This document shows positions 8,909-16,480 of a DNA stretch of 64,000 bases, one piece after another. Source of the DNA: Candidatus Harrisonbacteria bacterium. Lineage in GTDB: Bacteria > Patescibacteriota > Minisyncoccia > UBA6257 > 1-14-0-10-40-38. How positions within the stretch are numbered: the first letter of the stretch is position 1; the number at the start of each line of letters is the position of its first letter. The position numbers were made by a program, and so were the translations under genes. Location of the stretch: positions 131,517 to 195,516 of the forward strand of contig JAHFLD010000002.1 in NCBI GenBank assembly GCA_023245035.1, in the 5' to 3' direction. Under the pieces are notes generated by a model. That model searched no databases. It saw only the letters and a program-made list of their open reading frames with translations, and was not told where the DNA came from.

Positions 8909-8936
8909 TTGACAGGATTAATAGGCCTGCTATAAT
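8909..8936 (+). promoter_or_regulatory. sigma70 consensus promoter (TTGACA-16nt-TATAAT)
   Basis: Exact TTGACA at 8909-8914 and exact TATAAT at 8931-8936. Confidence 0.65.
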
Positions 8937-8942
8937 GGCGAA

Positions 8943-9317
8943 GCCAACTTGGCATTGCCCTTCTGTCGCCTGTCTGTAAGAGGGCTGGTTAGAACAGTTT
9001 AGGGTCCTTCGAGAACAACGGACTTCCTGCCGTTGCGAAGGTAGGCTACAGGAACTCCCCCGGGTTTTATCCCTTGTACGCGGGTGAGACGGCAAAAACA
9101 TACAATGGATACTGTCGCGGAGTTTGCTCAAACTTCTATGACGGTTGGCACCGAAATTAAAATGGGCTAGGAAGACGAAATTTGTCGGCGGGTAATTGGT
9201 CCAAACCCGTTTGACCTTGGCAGTAACTCTGCCCCGCTTCGCTTCTGAAATAACAAAGGACTTTCCCAGTAGCGGCAGGATGCCTAACAGCGTTTTGCCC
9301 CTACTGGGTCTTTTTTT
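8943..9317 (+). ncRNA. unclassified structured ncRNA candidate (about 375 nt)
   Basis: Bounded by the consensus promoter and an intrinsic terminator at 9265-9317 (CCCAGTAG...CTACTGGG followed by TCTTTTTTT). No ORF longer than 37 aa on the plus strand. Contains multiple local hairpins such as GCCAACTTGGC and GGCAGTAACTCTGCC. The RNase P P4 strands are absent (rnpB is located elsewhere in the window), and there is no tmRNA T-loop or tag frame and no SRP domain-IV motif. Confidence 0.4.
9265..9317 (+). terminator. intrinsic terminator of the ncRNA candidate
   Basis: Stem CCCAGTAG/CTACTGGG followed by TCTTTTTTT. Confidence 0.65.
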
Positions 9318-9339
9318 ATGCAGGACATAAGGCTTCGGC

Positions 9340-9420
9340 GTATTTCCTCGTTGCTGACTGCGGTGCTCAACGCAGTACTTGGATAAGTACAGCTTATTCC
9401 GCTCCTCGCCCGCGCCTCGA
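9340..9420. repeat. R1 element copy (core GGTGCTCAACGCAGTACTTGGATAAGTACAGCTTATTCCGCTCCTCGCCCGCGCC)
   Basis: 55-nt core identical, apart from one substitution, to 2257-2311. Similar to 35130-35190. Confidence 0.6.
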
Positions 9421-9461
9421 ACTGCCCGCCCGACTGAAGGTAGTCGTTCGGGCGGGCATCC
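9421..9461. repeat. GC palindrome (R2 family)
   Basis: CTGCCCGCCCGACTGAAGGTAGTCGTTCGGGCGGGCATCC, with a 10-bp stem GCCCGCCCGA/TCGGGCGGGC. Confidence 0.55.
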
Positions 9462-9550
9462 AAATCCATATTTCCTATTTAATAGACTTAATTACGAATA
9501 AATACAAAGTGAATTAAATCAACGAACCCGTCTCCGCTAAACCTACCCGC

Positions 9551-9617
9551 AGGCAGGCAGGGCTACGGGCGGGCCCGCCCGACTGAAAGTAGTCGTTCGG
9601 GCGGGCAAGTTTACGAA
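9551..9617. repeat. R2 long form (GCAGGCAGGGCTACGGGCGGGCCCGCCCGACTGAAAGTAGTCGTTCGGGCGGGCAAGTTTACGAAT)
   Basis: About 66 nt, almost identical to 29806-29871. Confidence 0.65.
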
Positions 9618-9701
9618 TAAACATCTTCACGTTGGCGCTCAAATGTGAAGGTTCTAAAGTTTTGTTTGCTATTTAGTCGCGGTTATTTTATGATATTGTT
9701 T

Positions 9702-9776
9702 CGAGCGAAGGAGAGACTTGAGTGGTTCTGTCTGCCTTAACGGCAGACTAATGAGTCCCTGTTTCTCTTTCGCTCC
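9702..9776 (+). other. nested hairpin element in the long aspS upstream region
   Basis: GAGCGAAGGAGAGAC...GTCTGCC TTAA CGGCAGAC...GTTTCTCTTTCGCTC. The inner 7-bp hairpin is perfect and the outer stem is 13/15. Confidence 0.35.
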
Positions 9777-10039
9777 CCAGATTAAAGAGGCGAGACTATC
9801 AATCATTTGTTCTTGAAGGGAACTACTCCTTTCATGTTTTGCCTCTCTTGTATTGGTGCGCTGGGTTTGGGGAGACTTCTGGCAGTGTGTTTTTTAACTT
9901 GGCAGCGATTGTTTCACCAAACCCGTTTTTTCTTAGGTTTAAGTGGACTTAGACCGCGCTGTTCCGTATCCGGAACTTTTCTTCGTCTGTTCACTTAAAT
10001 TTTGGCGGACTAACTTATGCGTGTTCGCAAAGAACTACG

Positions 10040-10145
10040 CGAACGATGTTTGCCAAGCCCCATTACCGAAAGGTGGTGGGGCATCTTTTATATAAAGAGA
10101 ACCTACTCATTTGGCGCATTTCTGCCTACGGCAGAAATGAGTTTC
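10040..10145 (-). pseudogene. decayed 5' remnant of the small GIY-YIG gene (ATGCGCCAAATGAGTAGG... on the minus strand) with an associated hairpin
   Basis: The minus strand reads ...GGCAGAAATGCGCCAAATGAGTAGGTTCTCTTTATATAAA, which matches ATGCGCCAAATTCGTGGGTCCTACTTTGTCTATATT of the intact gene at 35110. A CTGCCTACGGCAG hairpin sits upstream. Confidence 0.45.
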
Positions 10146-10215
10146 TGGAAACCTGCTAAAAAAAGAGAACGCCGGGGGATTTTGTTGAGCGGGGTTTTCT
10201 GCTACCTTTAGTTGT

Positions 10216-11607
10216 ATGCGGATTTTAACGGAGGAGATTCCGAAATATGTTGGTCAAGAGGTGGAGCTGATGGGCTGGGTGCGCGCCAGACGCGATCACG
10301 GCAAGCTTATTTTTATTGACCTCTGGGATCGAAGCGGAATCGCCCAGGTGGTTTTTTTACCCAAGCCGGTTGAATTGGCCGAGAAGGCCGGTGCTTTGCG
10401 GCCGGAATGGGTTATCAAGCTTACCGGCATAGTTGTGGAGCGGCCGGAGAAGATGCGCAATCCGGAGCTTAAAACCGGCGCGGTGGAGGTAGCCGTTAAG
10501 TCGCTGGAAGTTTTAAATCAATCCGAGACTCCGCCGTTTCCGATTGACGGAGCGGGATACGAAATAGATGAGGAGACACGGCTGAAGTACCGCTATCTGG
10601 ATTTGCGACGAGAACGCTTGCAGAAAAATATCCGCGCCAGGGATCGGATTATTTCTTTTTTCCGCGACTATATGCACCGGCATGATTTTGTGGAAATAGA
10701 AACTCCGATTTTGATGCGCGGAACGCCGGAGGGTTCGCGGGAGTATGTGGTGCCGTCGCGTTTGGATAAGGGCAAGTTTTACGTTTTGCCGCAGTCACCC
10801 CAGCAGTTTAAGCAGTTGGCGATGGTGGCCGGCTTTGAGCGTTATTTTCAAATTGCTCGTTGTTTCCGTGACGAGGATACGAGAGGCGACCGCCAGCCGG
10901 AGTTTACCCAGCTTGATTTTGAAATGTCTTTCGTAACCCAGGAGGATGTTTTGAAATATACCGAGGCGATGTTTTTGGAGCTAGTAGCAAAACTTTATCC
11001 GCAGAAAAAAGTCACCACTACCCCGTTTCCGCGTCTAACTTATGCCGAGTCGGTGGCGAAACACGGTTCGGACAAGCCGGACTTGAGGCAGGATAAAAAT
11101 AATCCGGACGAGCTGGCTTTTGCTTGGATTACCGACTTTCCGATGTTTGAAAAAGATAAGGAGGGAAGAATGACCGCGGCGCATCATCCTTTTTGTTCAA
11201 TCAAAGAGGCGGATATGGATAAGTTTATGAAGGGCGAGGATTTGTATGCTATTCGCGCCAATTCTTATGACTTGGTTTTGAATGGCTATGAGTTGAGCTC
11301 CGGAAGCATTCGGATTCACCAGGCGGAGGTTCAGGCCAGAGTTTTTGAACTGCTGGGAATTAGCGCCGAAGAACAGCAAAGGCGGTTTGGACACATGCTT
11401 ACGGCTTTCAAGTATGGCACGCCGCCGCACGGCGGTTTTGCGCCGGGAATTGATCGCACTGTGATGTTACTGCAAAACGAACCAAACATCCGTGAGGTTA
11501 TTGCTTTTGCCAAGACTGGCGAGGGACGCGATCCAATGATGGGTGCGCCAGCCGAGATTGACGACAAGCAGTTACGCGAGTTGGGTTTGAAGTTTGAAAA
11601 GAAATAA
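10216..11607 (+). CDS. aspS: aspartyl-tRNA synthetase (short, archaeal/eukaryal-like type without the bacterial insertion domain)
   Basis: OB-fold N-terminus and class II aaRS motifs (FRDEDTRGDRQPEFTQLDFEMSF, GGFAPGIDR). 463 aa, compared with about 590 aa for bacterial-type AspRS. Confidence 0.85.
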   Translation: MRILTEEIPKYVGQEVELMGWVRARRDHGKLIFIDLWDRSGIAQVVFLPKPVELAEKAGALRPEWVIKLTGIVVERPEKMRNPELKTGAVEVAVKSLEVLNQSETPPFPIDGAGYEIDEETRLKYRYLDLRRERLQKNIRARDRIISFFRDYMHRHDFVEIETPILMRGTPEGSREYVVPSRLDKGKFYVLPQSPQQFKQLAMVAGFERYFQIARCFRDEDTRGDRQPEFTQLDFEMSFVTQEDVLKYTEAMFLELVAKLYPQKKVTTTPFPRLTYAESVAKHGSDKPDLRQDKNNPDELAFAWITDFPMFEKDKEGRMTAAHHPFCSIKEADMDKFMKGEDLYAIRANSYDLVLNGYELSSGSIRIHQAEVQARVFELLGISAEEQQRRFGHMLTAFKYGTPPHGGFAPGIDRTVMLLQNEPNIREVIAFAKTGEGRDPMMGAPAEIDDKQLRELGLKFEKK

Positions 11608-11771
11608 ATTAGAATAGCTGGGCTTGGGCCATTCGGCGGTGTCTTTCTCCGAGGATGACCGCGAATGAATCCGCACGGTTTCGCCACATCTATCTCTCCA
11701 ATTCTTGTGGCGGAATGTTCCAACCCAGGCTTGGGGAATCCCGCGGAGATTCCCCAGCTTTTAATTAAATT

Positions 11772-12251
11772 ATGAATCACCCTAAAGAAGAACGGACTTT
11801 GGTTTTGATGAAACCCGACGCGCTTCAGCGCAACTTGCTTGGTGAGATTGTCGGCCGATTTGAGAAGAAGGGGCTAAAAATAACCGGCTTAAAGATGTTG
11901 CAGATGGGCGAGGTTTTGATTAAGGAGCATTATGGCAAGTATGCCGACAAGGGTTTTTTTGCCGGACTTAAAAAATATATGACGAGCGCTCCAATTGTGG
12001 CGATGGTGGTCTCGGGCGTACGAGCGATTTCGGCCGTGCGGGTGATTGTGGGGCCGACTAAGGGCTACGAAGCGCCGGCCGGAAGCATTCGGGGTGACTT
12101 GTCTATGAGTATTCAGACTAACTTGGTGCATGCTTCGGACCCGAGCGAGGATCCGGAGGCGGAAATCAAGCGATTTTTTAAGCCGGAGGAGCTTTTTGCC
12201 TACAAAAAAATTGACTTTGATTATCTCTACAGCGCGGACGAGCTTGCATAG
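11772..12251 (+). CDS. ndk: nucleoside diphosphate kinase
   Basis: ERTLVLMKPDALQRNLLGEIVGRFEKKGL plus an NLVHASD active-site-His region. 159 aa. Confidence 0.9.
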   Translation: MNHPKEERTLVLMKPDALQRNLLGEIVGRFEKKGLKITGLKMLQMGEVLIKEHYGKYADKGFFAGLKKYMTSAPIVAMVVSGVRAISAVRVIVGPTKGYEAPAGSIRGDLSMSIQTNLVHASDPSEDPEAEIKRFFKPEELFAYKKIDFDYLYSADELA

Positions 12252-12254
12252 AGA

Positions 12255-12419
12255 GGCTCGGACTCTTCTTTTGCGGGGACCGGCTTTGATTTTTTTCCAG
12301 CGAAAAATCAAGCATTCCTCTCGCGCTTCGCAATTCCTAACGGAATACCAAGCTGCGAAGCGCTCCGAGAGCTCCCTCCTGTTCGGCGGGCAGGCCCCGC
12401 ACAAAGAAGAGTCCTCGCG
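12255..12419 (+). repeat. R3 hairpin element copy 1 (about 165 nt, arms GGACTCTTCTTTTGCGGGG / CCCCGCACAAAGAAGAGTCC)
   Basis: Starts 4 nt after the ndk stop. Sub-hairpins GCTTTGATTTTTTTCCAGCGAAAAATCAAGC and CTCTCGCGCTTCGCAA...TGCGAAGCGCTCCGAGAG. About 90% identical to 19605-19776. Confidence 0.7.
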
Positions 12420-12433
12420 GTTGGAATGATAGA

Positions 12434-12492
12434 AGCCTAGCTCGCGTCGCCTCCGAGAGTTTTCCAAAATACAAGAGTCCTCGCGGTTAGAA
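12434..12492 (+). repeat. R3-associated 60-nt module (CCTAGCTCGCGTCGCCTCCGAGAG...CAAGAGTCCTCGCGGTTAGAAAT)
   Basis: Similar to 50489-50547 and to the tail of 21640-21675. Confidence 0.55.
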
Positions 12493-12739
12493 ATAACTAG
12501 CGTTTGGTTTTTAGGGGCGAGCGATTATGGGGTGAAATTATAAGTGATAACAAAACTTTGTCTTGCGACGTTATACTAAGTGATTCCGCTCTGAAGTTCC
12601 GGATCAAAGATTTTACACTAGGGCAGGCGAAGTTCTTTGCGCCGTGGCGCACCAGATGAGCCAGCCCACCTTATTAAAATCCGGGAACTATGGGGCGGAG
12701 TCGGTTTTTAAAAGAGTCTTATCTTTAAAACTAGCTTTT

Positions 12740-12830
12740 TATATAGCGACAAAGAAAGTGCCATTTTTGTCGTATTTGGGACCTGCAAATTTGGCGCATT
12801 TCTCCCTGCGGGAGACAGGTTTTTGTTGAT
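12740..12830 (-). pseudogene. decayed GIY-YIG 5' remnant with the R4 hairpin (TCTCCCTGCGGGAGA)
   Basis: The minus strand reads ...GGGAGAAATGCGCCAAATTTGCAGGTCCCAAATACGACAAAAATGGCACTTTC, with a stop after 24 codons. It keeps the MRQI... start of the intact gene. Confidence 0.45.
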
Positions 12831-12961
12831 GCTAAACCTCCTAGTTTTTTTGTTGACAGAATAATCAGCTTCTGCTACTATCCTTTTGATTCCGTTTGAC
12901 GGCATTATCGTAGTGCCGGACGCGAAGACCGAAGAGTACCTTAAAATTAGCGAGGTTTTTC

Positions 12962-13438
12962 ATGAAGCTTCCGAGTTGGAAGAGTATTATTGCCGGTTTT
13001 GCGGTTCTGTTGATTGGTATAACGCTCGTATTCCTCTTCTTTGATAGCAAGCCGTTCAACGCCGAGACCGAAGCCCCGCAGGTTGAGAGTGAGACTGACT
13101 GGTGTGAAGCGGCTTATCCGAGGATTCAGATCTTGAAGAGCAAGATTGGCGAGGATGAGAATCGTCGAATTGACTACTTGACGAGCGAGAGCTTCCTGCA
13201 AGATATTGACGACCTTCTGCTCGACACGCCGGCTCTAACGACAACGAAACCGGAAAGTCGGCGAACGATGGCTCTGCGATTGGCTTTCGGCGCCGCGCGT
13301 AAGGCACGCTACAATCAGCTCGTGGATGAGTACAATGTGAAGATGAAACATGTTCAGTGGTACTACAGCAAAGGCGGAAGATTGCCGCGAAAGGGTAGTG
13401 AACTCCCGTGGCAGTTGGGCAAGTTGGCTGGTAGCTAG
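12962..13438 (+). CDS. hypothetical membrane-anchored protein
   Basis: 158 aa with an N-terminal TM helix. A GAGGT RBS precedes the ATG. Confidence 0.45.
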   Translation: MKLPSWKSIIAGFAVLLIGITLVFLFFDSKPFNAETEAPQVESETDWCEAAYPRIQILKSKIGEDENRRIDYLTSESFLQDIDDLLLDTPALTTTKPESRRTMALRLAFGAARKARYNQLVDEYNVKMKHVQWYYSKGGRLPRKGSELPWQLGKLAGS

Positions 13439-13443
13439 AAGTA

Positions 13444-13487
13444 AAATCCCGATTTTCCGGCGCAACCGGATTCGGGATTTTTTTATG
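13444..13487 (+). terminator. intrinsic terminator
   Basis: AAATCCCGATTTTCCGG...CCGGATTCGGGATTT followed by TTTTTA. Confidence 0.6.
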
Positions 13488-13585
13488 CGCAACTTAAGAA
13501 AGCCACTGGTGCTTTACAATTAGCTCTAGATACTTGCCTTTTAAGCCTAGACCCTTCACCCTAAACCCTATACCCTTACTTAGTT

Positions 13586-15415
13586 ATGACTGAAAATTTT
13601 ATAAGAAATTTTGTTATTATAGCCCACATTGATCACGGTAAGTCTACCTTGGCCGATCGTTTATTGGAGAAGACTGGAACGGTTGAGGCACGATCCATGA
13701 AGCCGCAATATCTTGACCAGTTGGAGCTGGAGCGAGAACGGGGAATTACGATTAAAATGGCGCCGGTTAGGATGCGTTACCGCAGTCTGGCCAACCAGGA
13801 TTATATTTTGAACTTAATTGATACTCCCGGGCATTCGGATTTTGGCTACGAGGTTTCGCGGGCGCTGACCGCGGTTGAGGGGGCGGTTTTGCTGGTTGAT
13901 GCCACACAAGGTATTCAGGCGCAGACTTTGGCTAATTTTGAGGCCGCGCAACGGGCCGGACTTATGATAATTGGCGCGGTTAATAAGATTGACCTGGTGC
14001 AAGGGGAGGCGCTTCAGGCAATAGTTGATGAGACGGCGGATTTTTTGGGAGTTGAGTCATCCGAGATCCTAAAGCTTTCCGGAAAAACTGGAGAGGGCGT
14101 GGATCAACTTTTGGAGCGGATTGTCGCCAAAGTTCCGTCGCCTACGGCTTCGCGAAAGTTTGAACCGAGCGGTTTTGCCCGCGGTCTGGTTTTTGATTCC
14201 CTTTATGACAGCCACAAGGGCGTCTTGGCTTTTGTCCGAGTTTTTGAGGGTTCATTCTCGGCCGAGCATCGCCTGCAACTGGTGGCCACTGCTACTGATT
14301 TTAAGCCAAAAGAGGTCGGTTATTTTCTACCAAAAGTTACGTCGTCAAATATTCTTACCCAGGGCGAGATTGGCTATCTAGCGACCGGTATCAAGGATCC
14401 CGACCGCATCAAAATTGGAGACACAATTACCACAGCCGTTAATGCCGAACGACCAAACGTTGCCTTGCCGGGATACAAGGAGCCAAAGCCGGTGGTCTTT
14501 GTAGCGCTCTACCCAGAAGATGCCAATCAATATGACGATCTTAAATATGCCTTGCAGAAATTGCGTTTAACCGACGCTTCGCTGGCTTTTGAGCCGGATT
14601 CAAGCGAGGTTTTGGGACGCGGGTTTAAAGGCGGTTTTTTGGGACGTCTGCATTTTGAAATTATCGCCGAGCGTTTGGAGCGGGAATTTGCGATTTCCAC
14701 CATCTATAGCTTTCCATCGGTGGCGTATCGGGTGCGGTTGGGAAAAAAAATGGATGGCGATGAGGAGTGGCTAACAATCACCAATCCAAAAGATTTTCCG
14801 GCGGAGGTGGCGGAGGTAGAGGAGCCGGTGGCCAAGATAGAAATTTTGGCGCCGTTAAAATTCGTCAGTCCGATTTTGAGCTTGCGCGATACTTTTCGAT
14901 TTACGGATATCGCGACAATTCCCAAGGGTGGAAAAACTCTGATTACGGCTCGGTTGCCGCTGGCGGATTTGATTCAAGATCTGGATGACACGCTAAAATC
15001 GATTTCGGAGGGGTTCGCCTCGCTTAATTATGAACTTACCGGCTGGCAAAGGGCGGATGTTCAGAAGCTCGAAATTTATGTTGCCAGTAATTACGTGCCG
15101 GGACTGACTCGGATTTTGCCGAAGAAAGATATTGAACGTGAGGCGCGGGCGATGGCCGAAAAGTTAAAGGATTTATTGCCGAAACAGCAGTTTGTTCAGG
15201 CGATTCAAGCCATGGTTGGAGCGCGCGTGGTGGCGCGGGAGACGATCGCGGCGATGAAAAAGGATGTTACCGGATACTTGTATGGCGGAGATAGAACTCG
15301 CAAAATGAAGCTGTGGAAGAAACAGCAGGAAGGGAAAAAGCGGCTAAAGGAGATTGGCTCCAAGAGCCGGATTACGATTTCGGCCACGATGTTTCGGGAG
15401 TTGCTTAAAAAATAA
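13586..15415 (+). CDS. lepA: elongation factor 4 (LepA)
   Basis: NFVIIAHIDHGKSTLADRLL, DTPGHSDF, NKIDL and the LepA C-terminal domain. 609 aa. Confidence 0.9.
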   Translation: MTENFIRNFVIIAHIDHGKSTLADRLLEKTGTVEARSMKPQYLDQLELERERGITIKMAPVRMRYRSLANQDYILNLIDTPGHSDFGYEVSRALTAVEGAVLLVDATQGIQAQTLANFEAAQRAGLMIIGAVNKIDLVQGEALQAIVDETADFLGVESSEILKLSGKTGEGVDQLLERIVAKVPSPTASRKFEPSGFARGLVFDSLYDSHKGVLAFVRVFEGSFSAEHRLQLVATATDFKPKEVGYFLPKVTSSNILTQGEIGYLATGIKDPDRIKIGDTITTAVNAERPNVALPGYKEPKPVVFVALYPEDANQYDDLKYALQKLRLTDASLAFEPDSSEVLGRGFKGGFLGRLHFEIIAERLEREFAISTIYSFPSVAYRVRLGKKMDGDEEWLTITNPKDFPAEVAEVEEPVAKIEILAPLKFVSPILSLRDTFRFTDIATIPKGGKTLITARLPLADLIQDLDDTLKSISEGFASLNYELTGWQRADVQKLEIYVASNYVPGLTRILPKKDIEREARAMAEKLKDLLPKQQFVQAIQAMVGARVVARETIAAMKKDVTGYLYGGDRTRKMKLWKKQQEGKKRLKEIGSKSRITISATMFRELLKK

Positions 15416-15466
15416 CCGCCTGTAGAAGACTTCTTGGCGAAATTGAAGTGAATCGGTTATACTTTC

Positions 15467-15769
15467 TTGAGCATTATGGAAAGAGTAAAAAAGGCATTGA
15501 CCGGCGTCGGTTTGTTGGTGGTGCTGGGGGTCGTTGGAATGCAGATACTGCGCTTAAATGACCAGCGTTTGGTATTTGCCGCTCGTCTCCAAAGACTTGG
15601 CGGCGAGGCTGGCGCTCTGCAGAGCGATAATGCTAAAATTAAAAGCGAGATTGAATACTTTTCAACTCCGGAAAATATTATCAAAGAAGCAAAAGGTCTT
15701 TTTAATTATAAACGTCCCGGAGAAACTTTGACGATCATCGTTCCCGAGACAAAGAAAAAAAATGAATAA
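15467..15769 (+). CDS. septum-formation initiator-like protein (FtsB/DivIC family)
   Basis: 100 aa with an N-terminal TM followed by a coiled-coil. Its position next to cell-envelope genes supports the call, but confidence is weak. Confidence 0.4.
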   Translation: MSIMERVKKALTGVGLLVVLGVVGMQILRLNDQRLVFAARLQRLGGEAGALQSDNAKIKSEIEYFSTPENIIKEAKGLFNYKRPGETLTIIVPETKKKNE

Positions 15770-16337
15770 ATACTGGGTTGGACTTACTGCGGTTGTTGGC
15801 GGGGCTTTGGTGATTTATGGAATGGTTAGTAATGGTTTCTTTCCGGCGGCGTATGCCGATGGAGAATTTATAAGCATTCGGGCGCAGGAGGCGCAATTGG
15901 CCGCCGCGACAAGTTATTACGATGTAATTATCAAGCAGGCGCCGCCACAGGGAAACACGCCAAAAAGCGTCAAGGAGATTTTGCCGGAAATTCGACGGGG
16001 TGTTACCGAGAAATTAATTGAAAACAGCATTATTCGGCGGCAATTTTTGAAGAAAATTAATGATTCCCAAAAATTAGTTGACGCCAAGGTAAATGATCCG
16101 GCTTTGGATAAAGAGGAGGCGAAGAAGAACATCAAGGCTCTTTATGGAATGGAAGTTCCGGCTTTTAAGCAGATGGTCTTAGTGCCCCAGGCGCGGAAGG
16201 AGTTGCTGGCTGCCAAGGTGGCCGAGGAGAAGTTAAACTTTGATGAGTGGTTAAAGGAGCAAAAAAAGAAGGCGAAAGTTATCGTCTTTCTCAAGGGCTT
16301 AAAGTGGAACGGTACGGAGGTCGTAACAACGAAGTAA
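15762..16337 (+). CDS. hypothetical membrane-anchored protein
   Basis: 191 aa with an N-terminal TM and a K/E-rich C-terminus. Overlaps the upstream ORF by 8 nt. Confidence 0.4.
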   Translation: MNKYWVGLTAVVGGALVIYGMVSNGFFPAAYADGEFISIRAQEAQLAAATSYYDVIIKQAPPQGNTPKSVKEILPEIRRGVTEKLIENSIIRRQFLKKINDSQKLVDAKVNDPALDKEEAKKNIKALYGMEVPAFKQMVLVPQARKELLAAKVAEEKLNFDEWLKEQKKKAKVIVFLKGLKWNGTEVVTTK

Positions 16338-16392
16338 ATATGGTTATGGGGGCAGATTCGCTGTTGCCAAGGTGATTGCGAATAGCTTGCCC

Positions 16393-16463
16393 GCGGGATT
16401 AGTACAGTGGTAGTACGTTAGCTTCCCAAGCTAAAGACGCGAGTTCGATTCTCGTATCCCGCT
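16393..16463 (+). tRNA. tRNA-Gly (anticodon CCC)
   Basis: Acceptor stem GCGGGAT/ATCCCGC is perfect. D-stem GTAC/GTAC, anticodon stem TTAGC/GCTAA with loop TTCCCAA, T-arm GCGAGTTCGATTCTCGT. CCA is not encoded. Confidence 0.75.
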
Positions 16464-16480
16464 CAATAGATATTGTTGTA

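Noticed and set aside
8943-9317. Tried to assign the ncRNA candidate to tmRNA, SRP RNA or 6S RNA
   Set aside because: There is no tRNA-like T-loop/CCA or tag-peptide frame (tmRNA), no GGAAGGAAGCAGC-type domain IV (SRP), and the length is about twice that of a 6S RNA. It is left unclassified.
9900-10215. Possible T-box riboswitch upstream of aspS
   Set aside because: There is no T-box consensus (AATTAGGGTGGTACCGCG) and no terminator/antiterminator pair. The region is explained instead by a GIY-YIG remnant and repeats.
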